A DNA stretch of 15,425 bases from an uncultured Pirellulaceae bacterium (lineage in GTDB: Bacteria > Planctomycetota > Planctomycetia > Pirellulales > Pirellulaceae), in NCBI GenBank assembly GCA_964542185.1, contig CAZITS010000037.1, positions 1 to 15,425 on the forward strand. Direction: 5' to 3'. The number at the start of each line of letters is the position of its first letter. Position 1 is the stretch's first letter. A model generated the notes under the pieces. The model worked only from the letters and a program-made list of their open reading frames with translations, did not search any database and was not told where the DNA came from. Shown piece after piece: positions 1 to 8,316 of this stretch. The position numbers and the translations under genes are program-made.

Positions 1-307
1 ACGGCGCAATACCGGCCTACATACATCTTCTGAAACAGGTTTACCGGCAAATGACCGTCATCGAAACCTGACAATTTCAAACGACCTTTCCAAGAAACGA
101 CAACCTGGCAACGAACTTACTCCAGGAGCTGTATACCGTCGCTGTTCGACAACCCCAAACACAGCCGCGGCAAACAGAGCGGATAAAGACACTACCGCTC
201 AAAAGAATTTGTTAGGATGCTGCCAGAGTTTGGGATGTCCCAGAGTACCATCACGACTATTGGTCAACTCAAGTGCGCTGCGTGCCAGCTGCAAACAAAC
301 CAGCAGA

Positions 308-865
308 ATGGCACACCGTCCAGGTAAAGTGAGGAGCTTATTTGTGATTGATCCTGAACGTCACGCCGAAAATCGCGGCCGGATTGAAAGTACACTGCGA
401 AACATTCCAGGCTTTCGCGGCTACTTGGAAAAAGAATATCGGCGTGAAAGCGATTACATCGTCCGGTCCTGGATGGCGGACTTGCTCCAAAAAAGCAAGG
501 TCCAGCTGGACACCTACGCCAGAACACTCGTTGAGAGTCTACAGATCGACGATCTGCCGGCGCTTGACCGAGCCCGTGCAAGGCTCGACCAGCTCATGTC
601 GAAGATCCGCGGCGATGTGCGTGGATACAGCGCGTTTTTTGGCTTTGTCAACGTCGACGAACAGCGGCTTGACGCCGTTTACGATCAAGACATGGCAATG
701 GTGACCAAAGTGGAACAATTTGCTGCCAAGATCGAAAAGCTGACCAGTACCCAGACGCCTGCCAAACAAGTTTCAGACAAGTTGCTCCAGGGAATTGCCG
801 AGCTTGAGCAACACTACGCCAAGCGCCACGAAATTCTCAAAGGGCTGGCAAACCAGGGCTCCTAG
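308..865 (+). CDS. Hypothetical coiled-coil protein (185 aa from the first in-frame ATG), possibly a partner of the downstream SPFH protein
   Basis: Long ORF in the same frame as the 209 TTG alternative start; the first in-frame ATG is at 308 (MAHRPGKVRSLFVIDPE...). The frame stays open back to window position 2, but that upstream stretch is AT-richer and Arg/Ser/Thr-rich and looks non-coding. The C-terminal two thirds are heptad-like and helical (LDQLMSKIRGDV..., KVEQFAAKIEKL..., LLQGIAELEQHYAKRHEILKGL). There is no SD sequence. No family recognised; PspA/IM30 considered and not supported. Confidence 0.5.
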   Translation: MAHRPGKVRSLFVIDPERHAENRGRIESTLRNIPGFRGYLEKEYRRESDYIVRSWMADLLQKSKVQLDTYARTLVESLQIDDLPALDRARARLDQLMSKIRGDVRGYSAFFGFVNVDEQRLDAVYDQDMAMVTKVEQFAAKIEKLTSTQTPAKQVSDKLLQGIAELEQHYAKRHEILKGLANQGS

Positions 866-995
866 GCAGCCGGGGGTGCATCTTGCTCCCACGATGTGCG
901 TTTCTACCACCGGGAAGTCGTGCTTTGTTAGAATGACGGTGCGTTTGACAAACAGAAAAACAAGAACGGACAGTACGTTCCAAAATTCACAACCT

Positions 996-1000
996 AAGGA
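996..1000 (+). promoter_or_regulatory. Shine-Dalgarno-like AAGGA 8 nt upstream of the SPFH ATG
   Basis: ctaAGGAttccctcaATGggc; 8-nt spacing to the ATG at 1009. Confidence 0.4.
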
Positions 1001-1008
1001 TTCCCTCA

Positions 1009-2538
1009 ATGGGCCTCTTTGACCGAATGGAAGTCATTCAGTTCGCTGATCACTCAAATCAGGAACTCGTCCACCGCTGGCCAGCTTCTGGTAGCGCTGA
1101 CATCAAAATGGGTGCGCAACTCATCGTGCAAGAGAACCAGGAGGCCGTTTTCTACCGGGATGGTAAAGCGATGGATACCTTTTCCCCCGGAAGACACACA
1201 CTCACAACGGCGAATGTGCCGCTGATCACCCGCCTCTTGACGATGCCCTGGGAAAAATCACCGTTCCAGGCAATGGTCTACTTTATTGGCAAGCAGACGT
1301 TTCTCGACCAGAAATGGGGCACCAAGCAACCGATCATTTCTCGCGACCCGGATTTTGGCTTGGTTCGTTTACGCAGTAACGGCAAGTTCGCAATGCGTGT
1401 TACCGATGCCCCATTGTTGCTCAACACGCTAGTGGGTTCACAAGGCAAATATACCACCGACCAGATTTCTTCGTATCTGAAAGATCAGATCGTTTCCAAG
1501 ATGACCGATCTGCTGGCCACACTGAAAATCCCGATATTGGATCTGCCGGCCAAGTTCGACGAAGTGTCATCCGCAGTGCGGGTCAAGCTGGCAGAAGATT
1601 TTGCCCGGTATGGGCTGGAACTCGTCGACTTTTTCATCAACTCGATTAGTCCACCAGAGGAAGTGCAAAAAGCCATCGATGCCCGCAGCAGTATGGGTGC
1701 AGTCGGCAATCTGCAGGCATTTACGATGTACCAGGCCGCAAACGCAATGGGCAAGATGGCCGAAAATGGTGGTGGTGCAGGTGGCGCCATGGGCATGGGC
1801 ATGGGCGCCGGATTCGGGATGATGATGCCCGGAATGATGCAACAGTCCATGTACGGTATGCAGCCTGGCATGTACCCACCGATGCAGCCTGGCATGCAAC
1901 AACCTATGCAGCCCGGAATGCAACAACCAATGCAACCAGGAATGTACCCTCCCCCGCAGCCAGGCATGCAACAACCTGGCGCGCAACCGCCAGGACAACA
2001 GACCGCACAGCCGACAACTCCCCCGCCCGCACAGGCTACTCCCAGTCCGCCGGTGGCGGCCGCGAGTGCCGCAGCCGGAAGTAGTGGTGATGACTTGGGT
2101 GCGACTCTCGATGAGCCAGCAGCGGCCCCAGTAGATCAACGTGGTTTAATACGCGTCGTCGTACAATCCAACGAGTGGAAACTCACAGAAAAGTCATCGA
2201 ACCTCTGGCAAATCGTCGTGAATATCGGCGCTTTGCGAAAACAAACCGTCACTGTCCAATTTGACGAACAAGACGACGACGGCAACAACCTCATCGCTTA
2301 TAGTTCAATCTGTGGACCGGCAACGGTTTCGAATTCCATGAAGTTACTCAAACACAACGCCAAGATGGTCCACGGTGCCTTTGCGATCCAAAGCAGCCCG
2401 ACCGGCGATCAAGTTGTGATTCAGGCCAACCAACTCGCAGAAACAGTCGACGCGCTGGAAGCGACAAAAATTATTTCTGCCGTTGCCTGGCAGGCCGATC
2501 GCGTCGAAGAAAAACTGCTCGGACAAGATCGGCATTGA
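1009..2538 (+). CDS. SPFH/band-7 family protein of the YdjI-like (MGLFD-start, 'virion core protein-like') type, with a low-complexity linker and a C-terminal YbjN-like domain
   Basis: ATG at 1009 with AAGGA upstream. N-terminus [14 protein letters not shown]..., then [20 protein letters not shown] and KWGTKQPI motifs. These match the SPFH subfamily of B. subtilis YdjI in the pspA-ydjGHI operon, as recalled from memory. Residues ~255-365 are a G/M/Q/P-rich low-complexity tract. Residues ~378-509 form a separate alpha/beta-patterned domain. Confidence 0.85.
   Translation: MGLFDRMEVIQFADHSNQELVHRWPASGSADIKMGAQLIVQENQEAVFYRDGKAMDTFSPGRHTLTTANVPLITRLLTMPWEKSPFQAMVYFIGKQTFLDQKWGTKQPIISRDPDFGLVRLRSNGKFAMRVTDAPLLLNTLVGSQGKYTTDQISSYLKDQIVSKMTDLLATLKIPILDLPAKFDEVSSAVRVKLAEDFARYGLELVDFFINSISPPEEVQKAIDARSSMGAVGNLQAFTMYQAANAMGKMAENGGGAGGAMGMGMGAGFGMMMPGMMQQSMYGMQPGMYPPMQPGMQQPMQPGMQQPMQPGMYPPPQPGMQQPGAQPPGQQTAQPTTPPPAQATPSPPVAAASAAAGSSGDDLGATLDEPAAAPVDQRGLIRVVVQSNEWKLTEKSSNLWQIVVNIGALRKQTVTVQFDEQDDDGNNLIAYSSICGPATVSNSMKLLKHNAKMVHGAFAIQSSPTGDQVVIQANQLAETVDALEATKIISAVAWQADRVEEKLLGQDRH
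1787..1980 (+). repeat. In-frame imperfect tandem repeats (atgggc x3, then about five 24-nt units atgcagcctggcatgcaacaacct) encoding the GMGMG / PGMQQPMQ low-complexity linker
   Basis: Units at 1858-1881, 1882-1905, 1906-1929, 1930-1953 and 1954-1977 differ by a few substitutions. An antisense His/Leu-rich ORF (1567..2139 -) is an artefact of this repeat. Confidence 0.6.
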
Positions 2539-2595
2539 TGACCGTAGATCGTCCGTTAGCAGCTCTCCACTGGACTCGCGCCACTCTGAAGCAGT

Positions 2596-3753
2596 TCACT
2601 CGCCAGCATCATCGCCGTCTGCCGCGTGCACCGTTTGGGCCGCGTGGAGAGGATAGTTGCTGAGCTCTGCCAGTAATTCGCTCACAACCAGTTCTGGCTG
2701 AGTGGCCGTCGTCACGGCGTTCGACACCGCAATGCGTCTTGCTCCAGTGGCAAGAACACGTGAAACATTTCCGGGGCCAATTCCACCAATAGCAAATGCT
2801 GGCAGGCCTATTTCTGCGCCAGCCTCCTCCAGAAACTCAAGCCCCGCAAACGTGCTGAACTGCTTCGTCCTGGAAGGAAAAGTAGGGCCACATCCCAAAT
2901 AACTCGCACCGACCATCACTGCTTCCCGAGCCTGGTGAATCGAATGGGTTGAAACACCTACCAGCATCTCTGGTCCTACCACCGCGCGCACATCTTTTAC
3001 CCCCAGTTCCTCTTGTCCAACGTGAACGCCATCGGCGCAAGACAACAAGGCGATATCCGGGCGATCATTGACAATAAACAGGGTCTGCTGGTTAGCTGTG
3101 ACGCGACGCAGGCCCCTCGCCGCTGCGACTAACCTTTCGTCTGACAACCCCTTATCTCGCAACTGCAGGACGTGCACACCTGCCTCTACCAATGCCTGCG
3201 CCAGACAGAGCATCGCATCAATTCCTTGGCCCGCGTCGATCAATACATAGAGCCGTGCGTTGGCCAATTTCCTATGCGCATCGTCAGCGATTTGAAAACA
3301 GCGTTCCAACGTATATGAAGAGTACCTCAACGCCTCAATCTGAACCGCAACCGCAGGCGATACGAGTTTCGTATACTCTTCCAATACGCGCAATGCCTGC
3401 TGCAAACGTTTCCAACTTGAATACGCCACGGACTGCCCGGTAGGACGAACGTACTCACCAGCGACCTCTACTTCGGTTCCAACGTCGGCAGTCGTGTCTC
3501 GTGAAACAGAGAGGTAATGCTCGGGGATTCCCGCTAGAAGTACCCTGAGGTCGTGACGCAACTGCTTGCAATGTCGCGTCAAGAGCGGGTCATCGAGGAC
3601 GAATCGAAAATACTCCTCCACGACTCGCAAACCCTCGGCAGCGCGATTTCGGTTCGCATCGATCACGCGCAATGTCGAGGTCGCGCACTCAGCGAAAACC
3701 GACTCTGGACCTGAGGAGCTCACGCAAACACTCTCCTTGCGACTGGCAAACAT
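2596..3753 (-). CDS. thiE: Thiamine-phosphate synthase (ThiE) with an N-terminal extension of about 180 aa
   Basis: The C-terminal ~210 aa carry ThiE hallmarks: LYVLIDAG, VLQLRDK, FIVNDRPDIAL, GVHVGQEEL, LVGVSTHS, GASYLGCGPTFPSRTK, GLPAFAIGGIGPGNV, GARRIAVSNAV. The track ORF starts at TTG 3786; the first ATG is at 3753 (MFASRKE...). The N-terminal extension contains two similar helical segments (RVIDANRNRAAEGLRVVEEYFRFVLDD and WKRLQQALRVLEEYTKLVSP). Confidence 0.8.
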   Translation of the reverse strand: MFASRKESVCVSSSGPESVFAECATSTLRVIDANRNRAAEGLRVVEEYFRFVLDDPLLTRHCKQLRHDLRVLLAGIPEHYLSVSRDTTADVGTEVEVAGEYVRPTGQSVAYSSWKRLQQALRVLEEYTKLVSPAVAVQIEALRYSSYTLERCFQIADDAHRKLANARLYVLIDAGQGIDAMLCLAQALVEAGVHVLQLRDKGLSDERLVAAARGLRRVTANQQTLFIVNDRPDIALLSCADGVHVGQEELGVKDVRAVVGPEMLVGVSTHSIHQAREAVMVGASYLGCGPTFPSRTKQFSTFAGLEFLEEAGAEIGLPAFAIGGIGPGNVSRVLATGARRIAVSNAVTTATQPELVVSELLAELSNYPLHAAQTVHAADGDDAGE

Positions 3754-3832
3754 GCATTGTGCGACTTCACGTCCGTGACTCTGCAACAGAGAGATGGACG
3801 ACAGGTTTCACACCCGGCAACGCCACGAGGAT

Positions 3833-4363
3833 CTAAGGCAAGAATCCTCTCTCGCGAAGCTCCTGAATGTTGTCGGGCGCGCTTTCCCAGATGCGTTCAG
3901 CTGTGTATCTCAAAACAGCCACTCCACCCAAATTCGCCGGTGCTGTCAGAATTGCAATCTGATCTTCTTCTTCGTCATCCAATTTCTGATTCAGGCGGTC
4001 GACCGCTTCGTCAATACTGTCGCTAACAATTTGCTTTTCGCCCTGCTGATTGACGAATTGAAGGCTGGAAAAATGCGCGCTGCGTGCCAACAAGTAATCC
4101 GCCACCTCCTCCTCTTCAGGATTTTCAAAGAAACCTTCGAATTCAGGCTTGACGCTTTGTGGCGTAATAATCGTTGGTCGTTTTACCCGCACCTCGCCCG
4201 ACGTCACTGAAACTGGTTGCTTTGTATCGGAATCGCCACAGACGAGGTAATACCCCAAGTCCGACGCGCCAAACGTAAACAACGAATACGAAACGCGGCG
4301 AACGATACCAACAGCATCCCAGGCATCTCGAAATCGCTGTTCCTGTTCCCAACCGTCAAACAT
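3833..4363 (-). CDS. Hypothetical acidic cytoplasmic protein (176 aa from the ATG)
   Basis: The track ORF starts at TTG 4372; the in-frame ATG at 4363 gives MFDGWEQEQRF.... Amino-acid composition is protein-like, with acidic tracts (EEEEVADY, DDEEEDQ). The overlapping + strand ORFs 3794..4210 and 3757..4026 have poor composition. The stop lies 46 nt upstream of the thiE start on the same strand. Confidence 0.5.
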   Translation of the reverse strand: MFDGWEQEQRFRDAWDAVGIVRRVSYSLFTFGASDLGYYLVCGDSDTKQPVSVTSGEVRVKRPTIITPQSVKPEFEGFFENPEEEEVADYLLARSAHFSSLQFVNQQGEKQIVSDSIDEAVDRLNQKLDDEEEDQIAILTAPANLGGVAVLRYTAERIWESAPDNIQELRERGFLP

Positions 4364-4488
4364 AGTGTCCAATCACTTTGCAAAGCAGGTCGTGAAAGGC
4401 CACCTGCATGACCAATTCGGACTTCGCCACTCTCTGACTCCACGAGACCTCTTCCGAGCAAGGTCCCGCAACCGGATCTGCTCCATCG

Positions 4489-7029
4489 CTAATCACCACC
4501 GGACACTCCGTTTGACACGCGAGCAGCGGCCTTCAGTGTCGCATTCGACCGCTTCCCTCCACTGCGAAGATACGCAATCAGGTCGAGCACTTCCGCCGCC
4601 GTAAATGTGTCAAGCAATCCTGTCGGCATCAATGAGGTCGTCGAAGGCAAAACTTCGTCAACCTGATCCCGATTAACCGAAGCCGGCCGCCCCGGGTTCA
4701 GCATATCGGTCATCACCATAATCCGATTTCCGGAAAGATTTACTACCCTGCCAGAAACCGTCCGGCCATCGGCCAATACAAACGTGGAGGTGGCATATTG
4801 ATCCGATACAACTTTGTTGGGCTCTAATAAAGACTCCAGCAAATTACGGTTGTTAAATCGGCCGGCAACACCGGTCAAATCTGGCCCGGTAATACCGCCC
4901 TGGCCTCGAAAACGATGGCACTTATAACAAAGAGCCTGGGTAAACACGGCGCGACCACGCTTCAAGTTCGCAGTTGCAGTCGCTTTATCAACTTGTTGAA
5001 GCAACTCGTCGACTTGCCACTTTTTGACTAATTTGCGGGCAGGACCTTCGACCGGAGCAGGAGCAGGAGGCGCTTTGATCAGATCTCCTAGAGCCTGTGC
5101 GGTAGCATCATCCAACGAGTCCGCAGCCTCTTTGTGGATATTCTTGAGAAAACCTGTAAACGAGTGGCCACCGCGATGGCTGGCGACCGTACGAAACGAT
5201 TCGAAATAGGTGCGACGTTGTTCCACCGACCAGCCCACCTTGAGACTGCGCAAGCACAATAAATAGTGAATCTGCTCCTCTTGAGTCGGAGCCTGCTTGA
5301 GCAAGTCAAGTGTTCGTGCTGCGACTTCAGGAGCCTCCAGAAACACTAGCAAACTGCACAATTCACGATTGACCCGCACGTCCTCTGCAGGGAAAGCCCC
5401 ATTGAGTGTGTCCAACAGACTTTCGCGCAGCGAGGGTGCCGGCGCACCGTGCCTGGCGAAGGTCAATCCATACGCACGCAGTAACTCAAGACGGGCCGAG
5501 ACGTCTAGTTGAGACCAGGAAAGGCGCCCTAACGCTTGCACGATCTGTGGCTGCAAACTCTTGTCGCCCTGCCGGGCGAGTGCCACCATCGCGTTGATCA
5601 AGCCACGCGTACCGGTTTCTGCCAAGGCACGCTGCCGCCAACTCTCAACCGGCTGATGCTCAATCGCGACCCGCGCCGCATAACGGAGATGGCGGTCACC
5701 ACTTCCAAGATTCGCCCAGACCTGGTCGGTGATACCAGCACCACGTTTGTGATGGTTCTCCAATTTGCGACGCAGATTTCTTTCTTCCCCGCCCTTTGGG
5801 TTCGGCTCAAACGGCACCATCTCAGTTGATTCCGAACCCTTGTAGGTGATGCGATAAAGTCCAGACTGGGTACCTCGGCCACCAACAGTTACGTACAACG
5901 CGCCATCATGGGGATTGACAACCATATCTGTCACAGCAAACGGAGCCGCCGTGGCAAACTGCTCTGCAGTGGCCGTGTACGAGGCGCCGGACGGCGTCAT
6001 ATGCACTGCGTAAATCAAGCCGTAGCTCCAATCACACAAGAATAACGCACGCTGGTACTTGGCCGGAAATTTAGCGCCCGTACCAAATACAATTCCAGTC
6101 GGAGAACCCGGGCCAATATCGACGACTGCATTCAGGCTGTCTGGATAATACTCGGGCCACTTGCCAGTCCCGGAACGCCACCCGAACTCACTTCCACTAA
6201 CCACGTGATTCACTCTCGTCGGACGATACCAGGGAGAGCCGATGTCCCATTCCATATCAGCATCAAAAGTGAACAATTCACCATCCGAATTAAATGCGAT
6301 GTCGAACTCATTGCGATACCCACTACTCAAAAGTTCCCAGTTCTTGCCTTCGGGATCCACGCGTGCAATCCAACCGCCAGGTGCCATACGTCCCACCGCG
6401 TGGCCACCGGCATCCCACATCCGTGGTAAGACCTGATCCTCCTGCCAATTGCGTGGAACACGTGATGCTTGAAACTCCGTGGGATCCGTGTGATTTCCTG
6501 CACATACAGTGAGCGACTTGCCATCAGGACTCAGCAGGATAGCATGCGGACCGTGTTCACCCCCGCCACTCAGCTTACGCAACAACTTGAGTTCATCGAA
6601 CTCGTCGTCACCATTCGTGTCACGCAAGCGATACAAACCCGATTTATCTCCCGCGTTGACCATGACGTACAGGCTATCGAATGCATACAGCAAGCCGTGC
6701 GCAGCTCCAATCGGTGCTTTCATTTTCTGCACCTTGGTATCTGCCGGGTCACCACCCAAAGCTGGGGGAGTAATGCGATACAACGATCCGCCTTCGTCGG
6801 TCACCTGAAAACGTTCGTGCGAAACCAGCAACCGTCCGCGCGGGTCAACGGTCATATTCACCCAGGATCCCTGACGCGCCTGGGGAACGGAATAAAGCAA
6901 CTCCACCTGAAATCCAGGCAACAACCGAACCTGGTTGGCGGGCGTCGCCTGAGGTGGCGCAGAGAAAAGAGCTGTTGAAACCCCCACTGACATGAGGCTC
7001 GCCAAGATCAAGCGTCGCAAACTGAGCAT
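4489..7029 (-). CDS. PVC-type heme-binding CxxCH protein: N-terminal SGDH-like beta-propeller 'membrane-bound dehydrogenase domain', central HEAT-like repeats, C-terminal cytochrome c domain; has a signal peptide
   Basis: ATG at 7029 with GGAGGG 8 nt upstream. Signal peptide MLSLRRLILASLMSVGVSTALFSAPPQA. The N-terminal domain has GLLYAFDSLYV, FDADMEWDIGSPWYRPTRVNHV and DWSYGLIYAV motifs, typical of TIGR02604-type proteins. The middle is helical repeats. The C-terminus has a CYKCH heme site (4915..4929) followed by GPDLTGV, and a conserved LMP...LD..E...L..YL tail as in TIGR02603. Confidence 0.85.
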   Translation of the reverse strand: MLSLRRLILASLMSVGVSTALFSAPPQATPANQVRLLPGFQVELLYSVPQARQGSWVNMTVDPRGRLLVSHERFQVTDEGGSLYRITPPALGGDPADTKVQKMKAPIGAAHGLLYAFDSLYVMVNAGDKSGLYRLRDTNGDDEFDELKLLRKLSGGGEHGPHAILLSPDGKSLTVCAGNHTDPTEFQASRVPRNWQEDQVLPRMWDAGGHAVGRMAPGGWIARVDPEGKNWELLSSGYRNEFDIAFNSDGELFTFDADMEWDIGSPWYRPTRVNHVVSGSEFGWRSGTGKWPEYYPDSLNAVVDIGPGSPTGIVFGTGAKFPAKYQRALFLCDWSYGLIYAVHMTPSGASYTATAEQFATAAPFAVTDMVVNPHDGALYVTVGGRGTQSGLYRITYKGSESTEMVPFEPNPKGGEERNLRRKLENHHKRGAGITDQVWANLGSGDRHLRYAARVAIEHQPVESWRQRALAETGTRGLINAMVALARQGDKSLQPQIVQALGRLSWSQLDVSARLELLRAYGLTFARHGAPAPSLRESLLDTLNGAFPAEDVRVNRELCSLLVFLEAPEVAARTLDLLKQAPTQEEQIHYLLCLRSLKVGWSVEQRRTYFESFRTVASHRGGHSFTGFLKNIHKEAADSLDDATAQALGDLIKAPPAPAPVEGPARKLVKKWQVDELLQQVDKATATANLKRGRAVFTQALCYKCHRFRGQGGITGPDLTGVAGRFNNRNLLESLLEPNKVVSDQYATSTFVLADGRTVSGRVVNLSGNRIMVMTDMLNPGRPASVNRDQVDEVLPSTTSLMPTGLLDTFTAAEVLDLIAYLRSGGKRSNATLKAAARVSNGVSGGD
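4915..4929 (-). other. Heme c attachment motif CYKCH
   Basis: The reverse complement of atggcacttataaca encodes C-Y-K-C-H, in frame with CDS 4489..7029. Confidence 0.8.
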
Positions 7030-7037
7030 CGTATTAT

Positions 7038-7043
7038 CCCTCC
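7038..7043 (-). promoter_or_regulatory. Shine-Dalgarno GGAGGG 8 nt upstream of the ATG at 7029
   Basis: The minus strand reads ...ccGGAGGGataatacgATG. Confidence 0.45.
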
Positions 7044-7177
7044 GGCTCTGAATCTGAAGTCGGTCATGCTACCGCATCACACTCTCTGGTGTCTATTCAT
7101 CGGTAACAAAATCGATACGACAGTCCGTGACGACACCATGAGCAGCAGAGGCCACCCTGCACGGACCATACGCCTCG

Positions 7178-8125
7178 CTATTTTTTTGCCACAGCGCGGC
7201 TTTCGGTTGCCATCCAACGTACAGCGTTTTCCACAACCTGCAGTGTTTCCGGCTGAAAATAAACATTGAAGGTCTCGTGCCCGGGACGAAAGTAGAAGAG
7301 TTTCCCTTTACCGATTCGCCACACTGCACCACTGCGAAACCGCTCACCTAACTCCCAACGTTCTTCAAAAACGACCACGTCAGGCGGTGGAACGTGAAAA
7401 GGTTCATCATACATTTCAGTATGCGGAACAGTGAATTTTTCAGGCAACCCGCGAGCGATCGGGTGATCTACTTTCAAAGTATGAAGAGTGCTGGGCTTGC
7501 CATCCGGGCGGTAGGCGGGGAAACAGCAATTCGGACGCTTCATGAGTAACAAAAAAGTACCGTCAGCCTGTTTGCGGATTTCGCTTGACGGCGTCAAGGG
7601 AGTGTCTCGTTGAGGTGCGCGCCGTATACGGGAGTCAACAAATACCACACGGGTTTTGCTCCGTTGGTCCTCTGGGAGTTTACCTAGTGCGTCTTCTTTG
7701 GCGCGTTCCTCCATAGCCACCATAAACGGCATCGACCAGTGGGCCGAATGCAGAGGAAGCAAACTCAACTTGCCAGCCTTGACTCGAGCGACAATCTCCT
7801 GTGCTTTACGTTCTGAAATTCGGTCCTGGCGGACGTGTCCCCACCAGATCAAGACGTCACACTGATCGAGAATCGCATCGCTCAGCCCCTGGCTCGGGTC
7901 ATCGAGACGGACCGATTCCACCTGCAGCCCGGCCCGACTCTCCAGGTAGCCGGCAATCTGGTTCCCAAGAAATCGAGGGTACGCCTGTTTCTGCCGAGGT
8001 TGTTGTTCATCCCAAACGACAACCCGAATCGGCGCGGCAGGATCGGCTGCGAAAGCCAATCGGGATACTAGAGAACAGGTAATCGCGAGACCGACCACCA
8101 TTAGTTTCCGCCGGCAATCAAACAT
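7178..8125 (-). CDS. ThuA-domain (trehalose-utilisation-like, class I glutamine amidotransferase-like fold) secreted protein
   Basis: ATG at 8125. Signal peptide (MVVGLAITCSLVSRLAFA). ThuA-like core: IRVVVWDE, QCDVLIWWGH, GKLSLLPLHSAHWS, MYDEPFHVP and RSGAVWRIGKGKLFYFRPGHET. This family is a frequent neighbour of PVC heme proteins in Planctomycetota genomes. The stop is 148 nt upstream of the next - strand gene. Confidence 0.8.
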   Translation of the reverse strand: MFDCRRKLMVVGLAITCSLVSRLAFAADPAAPIRVVVWDEQQPRQKQAYPRFLGNQIAGYLESRAGLQVESVRLDDPSQGLSDAILDQCDVLIWWGHVRQDRISERKAQEIVARVKAGKLSLLPLHSAHWSMPFMVAMEERAKEDALGKLPEDQRSKTRVVFVDSRIRRAPQRDTPLTPSSEIRKQADGTFLLLMKRPNCCFPAYRPDGKPSTLHTLKVDHPIARGLPEKFTVPHTEMYDEPFHVPPPDVVVFEERWELGERFRSGAVWRIGKGKLFYFRPGHETFNVYFQPETLQVVENAVRWMATESRAVAKK

Positions 8126-8316
8126 GAACGCTTCTCCCTTAAAGCGGACCGCATACTGTTACACGCAGAAGCACCACGCACTATGGTAGCCACGACCCCG
8201 CAAAGGTCGCTCAACGGATATCATAGACGCTATCTTGATTCAGTAGACGATTTTGGCACACTATCGCTTGCGTTCAACCCGACACACAGACACCGTTCTG
8301 GGATGAAACTGCCCTT

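Noticed and set aside
308-865. PspA/IM30 (Vipp1) identity for the coiled-coil protein upstream of the YdjI-like SPFH gene
   Set aside because: Despite the PspA-YdjI linkage known in Bacillus, the sequence lacks the N-terminal amphipathic MGIFSR/MGLFDR helix and the long continuous helices of PspA. The first ~40 aa are non-helical.
1787-1980. Possible CRISPR array or non-coding tandem repeat
   Set aside because: The repeats are 24-nt in-frame units inside a CDS with no spacers. There are no cas genes and no leader. This is a coding low-complexity repeat.
1567-2139. Antisense 190-aa His/Leu/Arg-rich ORF (and 1485..1967 -) inside the SPFH gene
   Set aside because: A by-product of the repetitive M/Q/P/G-coding tract read on the opposite strand. 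Its composition is not protein-like.
3754-3832. TPP riboswitch upstream of thiE
   Set aside because: There is only a ~46-80 nt spacer, and I could not find the conserved CUGAGA...ACCUGAUCUGGAUAAUGCCAGCG-type core. An Rfam scan would be needed to be certain.
3794-4210. + strand 138-aa ORF (and 3757..4026 +) overlapping the acidic hypothetical gene
   Set aside because: Cys/Arg/Phe-rich low-quality translation. It fully overlaps a better minus-strand ORF with protein-like composition, and there is no independent signal.
7096-7165. Possible terminator between ThuA and the 846-aa heme gene (long-range gtccgtg...cacggac inverted repeat)
   Set aside because: The arms are ~35 nt apart with no stable stem and no adjacent U-tract on the minus strand. 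This is not convincing.
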